A stretch of 64,000 nt of DNA from Candidatus Liptonbacteria bacterium (GTDB lineage: Bacteria; Patescibacteriota; Minisyncoccia; UBA6257; 2-01-FULL-56-20). This document shows positions 1 through 8,600 of the stretch, piece by piece (positions within the stretch are counted from its first letter, which is position 1; every line of letters starts with the position of its first letter). The stretch covers positions 335,702 through 399,701 of the forward strand of contig JAHFLL010000001.1 of NCBI GenBank assembly GCA_023244895.1, read 5' to 3'. Position numbers and translations under genes: made by a program. The notes beneath the pieces were generated by a model. That model was not told the DNA's origin, ran no database searches, and saw nothing but the letters and a program-made list of their open reading frames with translations.

Positions 1-397
1 CCCAGAGAGCTTGCCGGACCACATAAAGGACGTGGAGGAATCAATTTTGGGAGAGATTATCGGTTGCAAAAACAGGGACAAGCTTTATCGTAAATGCTCT
101 ACGGCCTTCCGCATCACATCCGAAGAACTTGCTTTTTATAAGGGTATGAACATATCTTTGCCCAGGACGTGCGTGAATTGTCGCTACACAGAGCGCTTGA
201 ATTGGCGGAATCGTTTTCAAACCTGGCCGCGAATCTGTAGTTGTGCCGGCGCGGCTTCAGACAACGGAGCCTACGAGAACAATATTGCTCATGGTCATAG
301 CGCGGCTCATTGCAGCGAAGAATTTGAAACTACCTACGCCCCAGACCGACCAGAGATAATTTATTGCGATAAGTGCTATAAATCGGAATTTTTATAA
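1..397 (+). CDS. 3' portion of a Cys-rich zinc-ribbon protein whose 5' end lies outside the window. It is paralogous to the C-terminal domain of the 4209..5987 product
   Basis: The reading frame is open from position 2. The peptide PESLPDHIKDVEESILGEI...CVNCRYTER...EFETTYAPDRPEIIYCDKCY aligns residue by residue with the C-terminus of the 4209..5987 protein (LPDRIEDVQDSILDEI...CPNCRYFER...EFETSYALDRPEIVYCEQCY). DNA identity is about 80% over 331-390 versus 5912-5971. Confidence 0.6.
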   Translation, partial: PESLPDHIKDVEESILGEIIGCKNRDKLYRKCSTAFRITSEELAFYKGMNISLPRTCVNCRYTERLNWRNRFQTWPRICSCAGAASDNGAYENNIAHGHSAAHCSEEFETTYAPDRPEIIYCDKCYKSEFL

Positions 398-503
398 AAT
401 GTTTTGGCGCCTCAGAAAATACAAAATTATGGCACGTATGCTCTGGCAGATGTTCTCCTTCCGTCTCAAAGTGTTTCTGCGTAAGAGAAAGATTCTCTAG
501 GCG

Positions 504-512
504 TGGTATAAT
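504..512 (+). promoter_or_regulatory. Extended -10 element (TGgTATAAT) 6 nt upstream of the TspO start codon; leaderless-type promoter
   Basis: tggtataat sits directly before ATG 519; there is no room for an SD sequence. Confidence 0.4.
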
Positions 513-518
513 TCACCC

Positions 519-914
519 ATGTCTACATATTCTTGGTATCAAACACTAATAAAGCCTTCCTGGTCTCCGCCCGCCTGGATATTCGGTCCGGTCTGGACGT
601 TTCTCTACGTCCTCATCGCTATTTCGTATGGATATGTTGGATACCTATTCATCAATAAAAGGATTTCATTTTGGGTTGTTTTGCCGTTTATATTAAATCT
701 AGTATTCAACGCCCTTTTCACGCCCATACAGTTCGGCTGGCAGAATCTACCTTTGGCGGCGCTGGATATTCTGCTGGTACTAGGAACCTTGATTTGGGGG
801 ATGGCCGTGATTTGGCCACATGCCAGGTGGGTGGTTTACGCCAATATTCCCTATATTTTGTGGGTTTGTTTCGCGACCGTATTACAACTTACCGTTACCT
901 GGCTTAATAGATAA
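519..914 (+). CDS. tspO: TspO/MBR family tryptophan-rich sensory protein
   Basis: PSWSPPAWIFGPVWTFLY and multiple Trp-rich TM helices, typical of TspO; 131 aa. Confidence 0.8.
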   Translation: MSTYSWYQTLIKPSWSPPAWIFGPVWTFLYVLIAISYGYVGYLFINKRISFWVVLPFILNLVFNALFTPIQFGWQNLPLAALDILLVLGTLIWGMAVIWPHARWVVYANIPYILWVCFATVLQLTVTWLNR

Positions 915-917
915 TTT

Positions 918-1841
918 ATGTTCACTAAAACGCTAGAAATAGTTGCGCCCATATTTTTGATAGTTTTGGTTGGCTATCTTGCGCGCCGGTTTGGGCTGGC
1001 AAAAGAAAATTGGGTGCATTTACTGAATCGCTTTATTTATTTCGTGTCTTTGCCCGCGCTCATAATCGCCAGTTTTTGGAACGTTAATTGGCGAGCAGTT
1101 GGCCTGGGAAGCGCGCTTGCCTGGAATTTAGGACTAATGATGTTTTTCGCCGTCTTAGCGGTTGCGATCTTGAGATTTTTGAAGATATCCAAAGAGATGC
1201 GCGCCTCCATCTTCATGTCTGTGATAGTGGGCAACACTGTCTATATGGGATTCCCCCTGGTGGGTCGGGCAGTAGACGTGAGCCAATACGACGCGGTGGT
1301 GGCGGTAGCTACCTTGCAATTAGTCCTGGGACTACTCTTCTCCGTTTTCGCGATTGAGTTTTGGGTGATCAAGTCCAAGAAGCTCAAAATATATGTAGAC
1401 GACCTGCTTACCAGCCCGCTGATTATTTCCTTGGCGGTCGGTCTAATTCTGGGTTCTCTTAGTTGGCAAGATAAGACTGCCGGAACGATCAAGTCCGCGC
1501 TTGCGATGCTCGGCGCGACCGCGTCTCCGCTCGCCTTATTCGGATTGGGTGCGTTTATGCACGGTAAGTTTATGAAATTTCATGCGCGCGCATCTTGGAT
1601 AGTGTCTATTTTTAAGATAGTAATAATACCCGCCCTGGCATTCTTTATTTTACGGAAGCTGGGTTTGCCTCATTACGTGGTAGATGTTTCCGCGTTGCTC
1701 TTCGCCATGCCGGTTGCGGTGACCACCTTCGTTTTATCCGAGAAATACAGCCTGGAGAAACATTTTAACGCCAGTGTTATTGTTCTGAGTACGGCGCTCT
1801 CGGTGATAGTTATACCCATCTTTTTGATTTTATTTTTATGA
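918..1841 (+). CDS. AEC (auxin efflux carrier / malate permease) family transporter
   Basis: 10-TM membrane protein with an N-terminal IVAPIFLIVLVGYLARRFGL motif typical of PF03547. Confidence 0.55.
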   Translation: MFTKTLEIVAPIFLIVLVGYLARRFGLAKENWVHLLNRFIYFVSLPALIIASFWNVNWRAVGLGSALAWNLGLMMFFAVLAVAILRFLKISKEMRASIFMSVIVGNTVYMGFPLVGRAVDVSQYDAVVAVATLQLVLGLLFSVFAIEFWVIKSKKLKIYVDDLLTSPLIISLAVGLILGSLSWQDKTAGTIKSALAMLGATASPLALFGLGAFMHGKFMKFHARASWIVSIFKIVIIPALAFFILRKLGLPHYVVDVSALLFAMPVAVTTFVLSEKYSLEKHFNASVIVLSTALSVIVIPIFLILFL

Positions 1842-1844
1842 GCC

Positions 1845-2570
1845 ATGATCACCGGCTTGGTAGCTGTTAAAAAAGATCTCCGCAAGCTTGCCAATTCCCA
1901 AAAAGCCAAACTGCTTTCCGGATTTTTCAAGACTGGCAAGGGAGAGTATGGCGAAGGAGATGTTTTCCTGGGCGTGACCGTACCTCAAACGCGTTCGGTC
2001 GCGAAGAGGTATAAGGATTTACCGCTCCGAGACGTAGAGAATCTTTTAAAATCCAAGATTCACGAAGAGCGACTCTGCGCGATTTTGCTTCTGGTCCACA
2101 ATTACCAGATGGGGGACGCGCGCAAGAAGAAGGAAGTAGTGGGTTTTTATCTTAGAAATACCACTCGCATAAATAACTGGGATTTAGTTGACTTATCTGC
2201 GCACAAAATATTAGGTGATTATTTTTGGAAGAATAAAGCGGGACGAAGGACTTTACACAAGTTGGCTGGGTCGAAAAACATTTGGGAGCGGAGAATCGCG
2301 ATAATTTCTACTTTTGAGTTTATTCGAAATAATTATTTTAAAGATTCCCTGAAAATCGCGGAGATATTGCTTAGGGATGAGCACGATTTAATACATAAAG
2401 CGGTCGGCTGGATGCTGCGTGAAATAGGTAAGCGTGATTTACGGACAGAGGAAAATTTTTTTAAAAAGCACGCGTCCCAAATGTCTCGTACCGCCCTGCG
2501 CTACGCCATCGAAAAATTTCCAGACAGAAAACGTAAATCCTACCTCGCCCTTCCCTCCACTCCACGATAA
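1845..2570 (+). CDS. DNA alkylation repair enzyme (AlkD-like HEAT-repeat glycosylase family)
   Basis: GFFKTGKGEYGEGDVFLGVTVPQTR...NWDLVD...HKAVGWMLREIG pattern of PF08713. The 3' end overlaps palindromic repeat copy 1. Confidence 0.65.
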   Translation: MITGLVAVKKDLRKLANSQKAKLLSGFFKTGKGEYGEGDVFLGVTVPQTRSVAKRYKDLPLRDVENLLKSKIHEERLCAILLLVHNYQMGDARKKKEVVGFYLRNTTRINNWDLVDLSAHKILGDYFWKNKAGRRTLHKLAGSKNIWERRIAIISTFEFIRNNYFKDSLKIAEILLRDEHDLIHKAVGWMLREIGKRDLRTEENFFKKHASQMSRTALRYAIEKFPDRKRKSYLALPSTPR

Positions 2571-2595
2571 TTAACGATCGTCAATTATCGTGGAG
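2560..2595. repeat. 36-bp palindromic element, copy 1 (CTCCACGATAATTAACGATCGTcAATTATCGTGGAG, one mismatch); contains a PvuI-like CGATCG core
   Basis: Inverted repeat read directly. A second, perfect copy lies at 58380..58415. Both copies are preceded by CCA and followed by TT. Confidence 0.7.
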
Positions 2596-2695
2596 TTGGG
2601 AATTGACTGATGGAAAATTGATAGAGAGTTGGTGGCGTGGATGGGATGAAATGCAGTGAGACCCCGGAGCGTGTTCCGGGGTCTCTTGCTTCTTG

Positions 2696-3055
2696 CTACG
2701 TGCTGGCCCGTGCGCGGCCGCGGTTCAGTATGTCCGAGCCACGCACGATTCTCCGCGCCAGACCCGCTTCGCGCCTCAGCCTATCGAAGGCCGGTGCCGG
2801 GCGAAGGGGTCCATTGCCACGACGGACCCAGACACGAACGTGTTTGCCAATCGTGGGGTTCCGGCGGATGTGCTCTGCGAGAGTCCAGGTCGAGCACTCC
2901 CACGCGCGGTGGTCGGTCCCGGAACCGTCCTGGATCGTCTCGCACCTTGCGCTTTCAGTCGCCTCGATGGCATCTGCGACTATCTCATCAACATTGATGC
3001 CAATCGCAGTATTGGTTGATTCCACGTACCACCTCTGCCGCAGGCCTTTTGCCAC
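2696..3055 (-). CDS. Hypothetical protein encoded in a GC-rich insert (GTG start with an AAGGAG RBS 6 nt upstream)
   Basis: The minus-strand ORF has a good SD (caaggagcgtcacGTG). The surrounding 2600-3060 segment is about 60-65% GC, versus about 45% for its neighbours. No family was recognised. Confidence 0.3.
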   Translation of the reverse strand: MAKGLRQRWYVESTNTAIGINVDEIVADAIEATESARCETIQDGSGTDHRAWECSTWTLAEHIRRNPTIGKHVRVWVRRGNGPLRPAPAFDRLRREAGLARRIVRGSDILNRGRARAST

Positions 3056-3134
3056 GTGACGCTCCTTGAGTGGGGTTCTATATGAGAAATTATCCCATTT
3101 ACAGAAAATGTCAATTTTGGGGTAAGATTAGGGC

Positions 3135-3716
3135 ATGGTCATCTCTAGGGGTTTTGGCCCTAAAATTGTAGAAATGCTGAAAAACGGCGGGGTGGGCGTG
3201 GTCCCGACCGACACTATCTATGGTATTTCCGCATCCGCTCTAGATAAGGCGGCAGCAGAGCGAGCCTACTCTCTGAAGGGTAAGGCGGAACAAAAGCCCA
3301 TGATAGTATTAATCTCTTCGCTTAAAGATTTGGATATTTTCAATGTCCGCCTAAGCGTCATTGCCAAGAAGTTCTTGAAAACCTATTGGCCCGGGAGGAT
3401 TAGTGTAATTCTGGACTGTCCCGGCAAAAAACATGAATACTTACATCGTGGCACCAAGACACTAGCCTTTCGTGTGCCAGCCTATCCCGACTTGATAAGT
3501 TTATTAAAAAAAACGGGTCCGCTTGTTTCTACCAGTGCTAATCCTAGTGGGAAAAACCCGGCGGAGAGTATCGCGCAAGCCAAAAAATATTTTGGCGAGG
3601 AAATAGATTTTTACGTGGATACCGGCGACCTGGGATCAACTCCCTCCACGGTAGTGCGTCTTTACGAGGATGGAAAATTGGAAATAATCAGGAAGGGGAG
3701 CGTAAGAATAGGATGA
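3135..3716 (+). CDS. tsaC: L-threonylcarbamoyladenylate synthase (TsaC/YrdC/Sua5 family)
   Basis: VPTDTIYGISA, STSANPSG and other YrdC-domain motifs. Confidence 0.8.
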   Translation: MVISRGFGPKIVEMLKNGGVGVVPTDTIYGISASALDKAAAERAYSLKGKAEQKPMIVLISSLKDLDIFNVRLSVIAKKFLKTYWPGRISVILDCPGKKHEYLHRGTKTLAFRVPAYPDLISLLKKTGPLVSTSANPSGKNPAESIAQAKKYFGEEIDFYVDTGDLGSTPSTVVRLYEDGKLEIIRKGSVRIG

Positions 3717-4216
3717 GTAAGTTTATTATCGTGGACGAATCCGACAATATTATCGGCGCAAAAGAGCGTTCGGAAATTTTACCGGAAGATATTTACAGAG
3801 TAAGTGGTTTGATGCTTGCGAATAGTAATGATGAGGTGCTTATCGCCCGCCGCGCCTATACTAAAAGCCACGATCCCGGGAAATGGGGTCCGGCGGTAGC
3901 AGGAACAGTAGAAGAGGGCGAAACGTATGAGCAGAATATTATAAAGGAGGCAGAAGAAGAGCTCGGGCTTGTGAATATCAAGCCCATTCCGGGACCCAAA
4001 ATTTTCAGGAATGCCGAGCATCGTTATTTTGCCCAATGGTTCATTCTGAAAATGGACAAGCCGATTCGGGAATTTAAGGTTCAAGAGGTGGAGGTGGCAG
4101 AAATAAAGTGGATTAAGATAGAAGAGCTGATTGACGCCATACAGAATCAGCATCAGGATTTTTTGGCTGGTGCTCCGCAGTGGTTAGATATAGTAAAATC
4201 ACTAAAAGATGAATGA
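3713..4216 (+). CDS. NUDIX hydrolase
   Basis: Nudix box GTVEEGETYEQNIIKEAEEELGL. Confidence 0.7.
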   Translation: MSKFIIVDESDNIIGAKERSEILPEDIYRVSGLMLANSNDEVLIARRAYTKSHDPGKWGPAVAGTVEEGETYEQNIIKEAEEELGLVNIKPIPGPKIFRNAEHRYFAQWFILKMDKPIREFKVQEVEVAEIKWIKIEELIDAIQNQHQDFLAGAPQWLDIVKSLKDE

Positions 4217-5987
4217 AACTAGGAATTGTCAGAACTGCAAGAAGGATTTTGTAATAGAACCGGAGGACTTCGGGTTCTATGAGCGCATTAAGGTGCCGCC
4301 GCCGACCTGGTGCCCGGAGTGTAGACTGCAAAGAAGAATGTTGGTCAGAAATGACCATTTTCTATATAAAAGCGTAAGCAGTAAGAGCGGCGAGCCCATT
4401 TTCTCGTCTTTTCCACCCGAATCCGGCTTAAGGGTGTTCAGTCATAAGGAGTGGCTGGGCGACGATTGGGACCAAAATGAATCGGGCAAAGAATATGAAC
4501 CCCAGAAACCATTTCTGGCTCAGTTTTGGGACCTCCTCAAAACTGCGCCACTTCCAGCCAAGTCTGTGACCCAAGCAATTAATAGTGAGTACAGTAATAA
4601 TAGTAGCTATATAAAAAATTGTTATCTGTCTTTCGGATTAATGCATTCCGAGGGCATGCTCTATTGTGAAAATGCTAGCAAGTGTAAAGATTGTTTAGAC
4701 TGCTCTCTTTCACTGGGTTGTGAATTTTCCAGCGGAACTTTTTTAAACCAAAGGTGCTCGGTCGCGCACTACTCCTCTCATTGCGAGGATTGCCATAATA
4801 TATATTTATGTCGCGACTGTATTGGTGTTTCAAATTGCATAGGTTGCGTGGGCCTCAAAAACAAATCCTACCAGATTTTTAACGAGCAGTATTCCAAAGA
4901 AGAATACCTCCTTAAACTAAAAGAGTTTAATTTGGGTTCGCGCCAATCATTTAAAAATATTTTGGGAAAGGCTAGGGATTATTGGTTAAAATATCCCGTG
5001 AAATATGCCCGTAATTACAAAAATGAGGATTGCAGCGGGGAATACATAAGCAATTCTAAGAACGTGAAGTCTAGTTATTACATAGATGGGGGAGAAAATC
5101 TTAAATTTTGCCACTCGGTTTATGTTGCTTCCGGCCGGGATTCGTACGATCAATATAGATTTGGCAGTAATTCAGAATTGGTATATGAGAGTTGCTCCTG
5201 CGGAGACCACGTCTCCAATGTTAAGTTTTGTTATGGATGTTTTAATAATAGTCACGAGATGGAGTATTCCTTTTTGTGCTCTAGCTCTTCCCATCTTTTC
5301 GGTTGCGTGGGTTTGCATGGCAAGAAATATTGCATTTTGAATAAACAATACACAGAGGAAGAGTACGAAGTTCTTGTTCCTAAGATAATCAAACAAATGA
5401 GCGATATTCCCTATGTAGATAGGGCGGGTAGGACTTACAGGTACGGGGAATTTTTCCCGCCGGAGATTGGGCCGCTGGCTTACAATGAAAGCATTGCTCA
5501 AGAATATTTTCCCAAAAGCAAGGAGGGCGCAGAGGAGTATGGTTCTTTCTGGAGAGATCCAGGAGATAAAAATTATGTCCCAACCGTGCGACCCGAGAAT
5601 CTTCCAGATAGGATAGAAGACGTGCAAGATAGTATTTTAGATGAGATATTGGAGTGCTCTCATCTTGCAAAGTGCAGTCATCAATGCACCAGAGTATTTA
5701 AAATAATTCCTGACGAACTTGAATTTTATAGAAAGTTCCAATTGTCCCTGCCAGACTCTTGTCCCAATTGCAGATATTTCGAGAGAATTTCTCAGCGCGC
5801 TCCCATAAAGATGTGGCAGAGGAAGTGTCAGTGCGGGGGCGGTAAAAGCTCTAACGAGATATATCAGAATATGTCCCCGCATCAACATGGTGCGGAACCG
5901 TGTGCCAACGAATTTGAAACCAGTTACGCCCTAGACCGACCGGAAATCGTATATTGCGAACAATGCTACAATGCGGAAGTGGCGTAG
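4209..5987 (+). CDS. Cys-rich protein with zinc-ribbon motifs (CxxC..F..FY..P..CxxCR) at both termini and a central tandem Cys-rich repeat region; function unknown
   Basis: N-terminal CQNCKKDFVIEPEDFGFYERIKVPPPTWCPECR and C-terminal CTRVFKIIPDELEFYRKF...CPNCRYFER. Internal repeats include CIGCVGLKNKSYQIFN / LFGCVGLHGKKYCILN. Confidence 0.6.
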   Translation: MNETRNCQNCKKDFVIEPEDFGFYERIKVPPPTWCPECRLQRRMLVRNDHFLYKSVSSKSGEPIFSSFPPESGLRVFSHKEWLGDDWDQNESGKEYEPQKPFLAQFWDLLKTAPLPAKSVTQAINSEYSNNSSYIKNCYLSFGLMHSEGMLYCENASKCKDCLDCSLSLGCEFSSGTFLNQRCSVAHYSSHCEDCHNIYLCRDCIGVSNCIGCVGLKNKSYQIFNEQYSKEEYLLKLKEFNLGSRQSFKNILGKARDYWLKYPVKYARNYKNEDCSGEYISNSKNVKSSYYIDGGENLKFCHSVYVASGRDSYDQYRFGSNSELVYESCSCGDHVSNVKFCYGCFNNSHEMEYSFLCSSSSHLFGCVGLHGKKYCILNKQYTEEEYEVLVPKIIKQMSDIPYVDRAGRTYRYGEFFPPEIGPLAYNESIAQEYFPKSKEGAEEYGSFWRDPGDKNYVPTVRPENLPDRIEDVQDSILDEILECSHLAKCSHQCTRVFKIIPDELEFYRKFQLSLPDSCPNCRYFERISQRAPIKMWQRKCQCGGGKSSNEIYQNMSPHQHGAEPCANEFETSYALDRPEIVYCEQCYNAEVA

Positions 5988-6024
5988 GGGTAGAGAGTAG
6001 TAGGTAGAATGTAGTGTGTAAAAT

Positions 6025-6738
6025 ATGAATTTAGAAAAGAGAAAAGCATTGATTGGTATATTGTCTGTGCCGTGCGCCCTACTAGCTTTGTATCTGGTTT
6101 TCTGGTTGGTCTGGAGGTTGCTGGGATTACCGTCAGACGAATCGCTTATGGCGATAGTGGGAGATTTTTTCGGGCGTTACGGTCTTTGGGTGGTTTTTAT
6201 CAGTTCTCTAATCGAGGGTTTCTTAATTTTAGGCCAGTACTTTCCGGGTGGAACGGTGATATTCTTAGGAGTTATCTCCGCGGGGGAGGATGTTGGCCGA
6301 GCCATAGAAGTTGTAGCGGTGGTGTCTCTAGCCTTTTTTATCTCCTATACCCTTAACTACCTTATTGGGAAATACGGCTGGTATAAGCTATTGATTAGAT
6401 TTGGAATGAAGGGTTCATTGGAGGACGCAAAAAGAAAATTACAAAGACACGACTTAAACGCGGTTATATTCAGTTATTGGGAACCAAATCTGGCCTCTAT
6501 AACCGCTACTGCCGCAGGCATATTAAATATTCCAATTCTGAGATTTCTTGCTGTTTCCGCGGGAGGGATACTTATCTGGAATACATTCTGGGGAACGCTG
6601 GTCTTTAGCCTGGGCGCAGACGCGCTCAAGATTATAGGTCTGAAGTATGTCCTTATAATCTTTTGTGTTTGGGTCGCATTTCTGTTGGTCAGACACCATC
6701 TTGCCAACCGGCATAATTTGGCAGAATTAAAACGATAG
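6025..6738 (+). CDS. DedA/VTT-domain family membrane protein
   Basis: LIEGFLILGQYFPGGTVIF motif and 5-6 TM segments. Confidence 0.45.
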   Translation: MNLEKRKALIGILSVPCALLALYLVFWLVWRLLGLPSDESLMAIVGDFFGRYGLWVVFISSLIEGFLILGQYFPGGTVIFLGVISAGEDVGRAIEVVAVVSLAFFISYTLNYLIGKYGWYKLLIRFGMKGSLEDAKRKLQRHDLNAVIFSYWEPNLASITATAAGILNIPILRFLAVSAGGILIWNTFWGTLVFSLGADALKIIGLKYVLIIFCVWVAFLLVRHHLANRHNLAELKR

Positions 6739-6745
6739 ACTAAGA

Positions 6746-7543
6746 TTGGCTGGCAAAACGATTTTATCCAACCACTCTCCAATTGAAATGTATCAATTAC
6801 CGAAACTTTCCAAGATGCCAGAGCTGACTCACGCTTTTTCCGATAAATCGGATGGCAACATGGCCGTTAGGTTCGGTGCGGAAGATGAGGTTTATAGAAA
6901 CCGTGTGGAGTTTTTGAAAAAGCTTAAAATAGAAACCAGGCAAACCGTCCTGATGGAGGTTCAACATGGCACGGACATAGAGTTTGTGGATAAGGGTGAT
7001 GGCGGGAAGGGAATGCTGCCGGACGTGCCGGGCTATAAAGTGGACGCCTTAGTTGCCATGGAAGACGGGGTCTTCCCATTCCTATTAGTGGGCGACTGTT
7101 TGCCGATTGTTCTATATGACCCGAAGAATAGGGTTATCGCTCTCGCACACCTAGGTTGGCGCAACACAGACCAGAGGTTTGTGGAGCTGTTGATCGGGGA
7201 GCTTAAGAAAGAGTGCGGTACGGACCCAGCCGACTTAATAGCGGGCATTGGACCATCTATACGCAAAGAGTCTTATATTTTTAAGGAAGGCGAGATTGCC
7301 GAAAGAAATTTAAAATGGGGCAGTGAATTTCTGATTCCGATTGGCAGGGGAAATGTCGCGGTTGATATCGCGGGATATAATATCGCGCAAATAATGGGAA
7401 CTGGGGTTAAGCTTGATAACATTGAAATAAGCGAGAGGGACACGGCCCAAGACGAAAATTATTTTTCTCACTACCGCTCCGCCCGGATCAAGGAGGAGGT
7501 GGAGGGCAGGATAGCGGCGGTGGTTGGAATGGTATGGAAATGA
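6746..7543 (+). CDS. pgeF: Peptidoglycan editing factor PgeF (YfiH/DUF152 laccase-domain protein)
   Basis: HGTDIEFV...DALVAMEDGVFPFLLVGDCLPIVLYDPKNRVIALAHLGWRN. Confidence 0.75.
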   Translation: MAGKTILSNHSPIEMYQLPKLSKMPELTHAFSDKSDGNMAVRFGAEDEVYRNRVEFLKKLKIETRQTVLMEVQHGTDIEFVDKGDGGKGMLPDVPGYKVDALVAMEDGVFPFLLVGDCLPIVLYDPKNRVIALAHLGWRNTDQRFVELLIGELKKECGTDPADLIAGIGPSIRKESYIFKEGEIAERNLKWGSEFLIPIGRGNVAVDIAGYNIAQIMGTGVKLDNIEISERDTAQDENYFSHYRSARIKEEVEGRIAAVVGMVWK

Positions 7544-8600
7544 TATAATTCAGGAGATGTTGCAATCTAGACTGGAGAACACCTTTTATTTTGCGGTTTT
7601 GCTTTCGGTCTTGGTTTTGGCCTGCTATATTTTCTGGCCAAGCGTAACCGCCTTAGTTTTGGCACTTACCTTTGCTACGGCATTTCGTCCGGTATATAGA
7701 TTTCTTAAAAGGATTCTGCGCTGGGAAGGACTGGCGTCCATTGTTACCGTATTTTTGGTTTTGATTGTGGTTTTCCTGCCCTTGGGATATTTCGCGCGCG
7801 AGATTCTAAATCAGGCAACGGCTCTCTATGTGAATCTTGCCCAAGGCGAGACCGACCCGAGCAGTTTTGTGAGGCACATCTCCGAAACTAAAATAGGACA
7901 AATTCTGCCTTCCGTGACCGGCGCGGAATTTGATAAATACGTAAGCGAATCCCTGAGCTGGCTAGTGGGTCAGTTCGGCGCCATTTTCCAACAGATTACC
8001 AATATTCTCTTTACCATTTTCATTAGCTTGATAGCGCTTTATTATTTTTTGAGAGACGGCGAAAGGTTCAAGACGGAAGTGATAGGCGCACTGCCTATTC
8101 ATTCGGCCTACGCGGAAGAAATATTGCGCCAGACGGCGCGGGCCATTAAGTCGGTGATTTTGGGCGCGCTCGCGATAGCTGTCATTCAGGGCGTCTTATC
8201 TGGGATAGGGTTTGTTATTTTTGATGTGCCCCGTCCTGCGCTTTGGGCCGCAGTTACTATAGTGGCCGCTCTTGTGCCGACCCTCGGCACATCTTTAGTT
8301 CTCATTCCGGTCGTCGCTTACTTGTTTATTTCCGGTCAGACCATGGCCGCGCTAGGCATGGCGATCTGGGGCGCGATAGCAGTGGGTCTGATAGATAATC
8401 TCTTGGGTCCCAAGCTGATGCAATATGGCACCAAGGTGCATCCCTTGCTGATACTTTTAAGCGTAATCGGCGGTATATCGGTATTTGGAGTTATTGGTTT
8501 TCTGGTGGGTCCAATCGTGCTCGGGTTCTTATATGCCCTGCTTGATATTTATCCTAAAATTGTAAGACCAGAGACCAAAGCGATAAATGATCTGGCATAA
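7524..8600 (+). CDS. AI-2E family transporter (PerM/YdiK-like, PF01594)
   Basis: About 8 TM helices with a central cytoplasmic loop; length and topology typical of UPF0118. Confidence 0.6.
   Translation: MEWYGNDIIQEMLQSRLENTFYFAVLLSVLVLACYIFWPSVTALVLALTFATAFRPVYRFLKRILRWEGLASIVTVFLVLIVVFLPLGYFAREILNQATALYVNLAQGETDPSSFVRHISETKIGQILPSVTGAEFDKYVSESLSWLVGQFGAIFQQITNILFTIFISLIALYYFLRDGERFKTEVIGALPIHSAYAEEILRQTARAIKSVILGALAIAVIQGVLSGIGFVIFDVPRPALWAAVTIVAALVPTLGTSLVLIPVVAYLFISGQTMAALGMAIWGAIAVGLIDNLLGPKLMQYGTKVHPLLILLSVIGGISVFGVIGFLVGPIVLGFLYALLDIYPKIVRPETKAINDLA

Noticed and set aside
2600-3060. GC-rich 460-bp segment considered as tmRNA, RNase P RNA or SRP RNA
   Set aside because: None of the conserved signatures is present by eye: tmRNA tag ORF and 3' tRNA-like end, RNase P P4 GGAAAGTCCGG/ACAGAA.CCGGCTTA, SRP GGAAGCAGC helix. 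A minus-strand ORF with a good RBS explains it better. The question is left open and would need Infernal.
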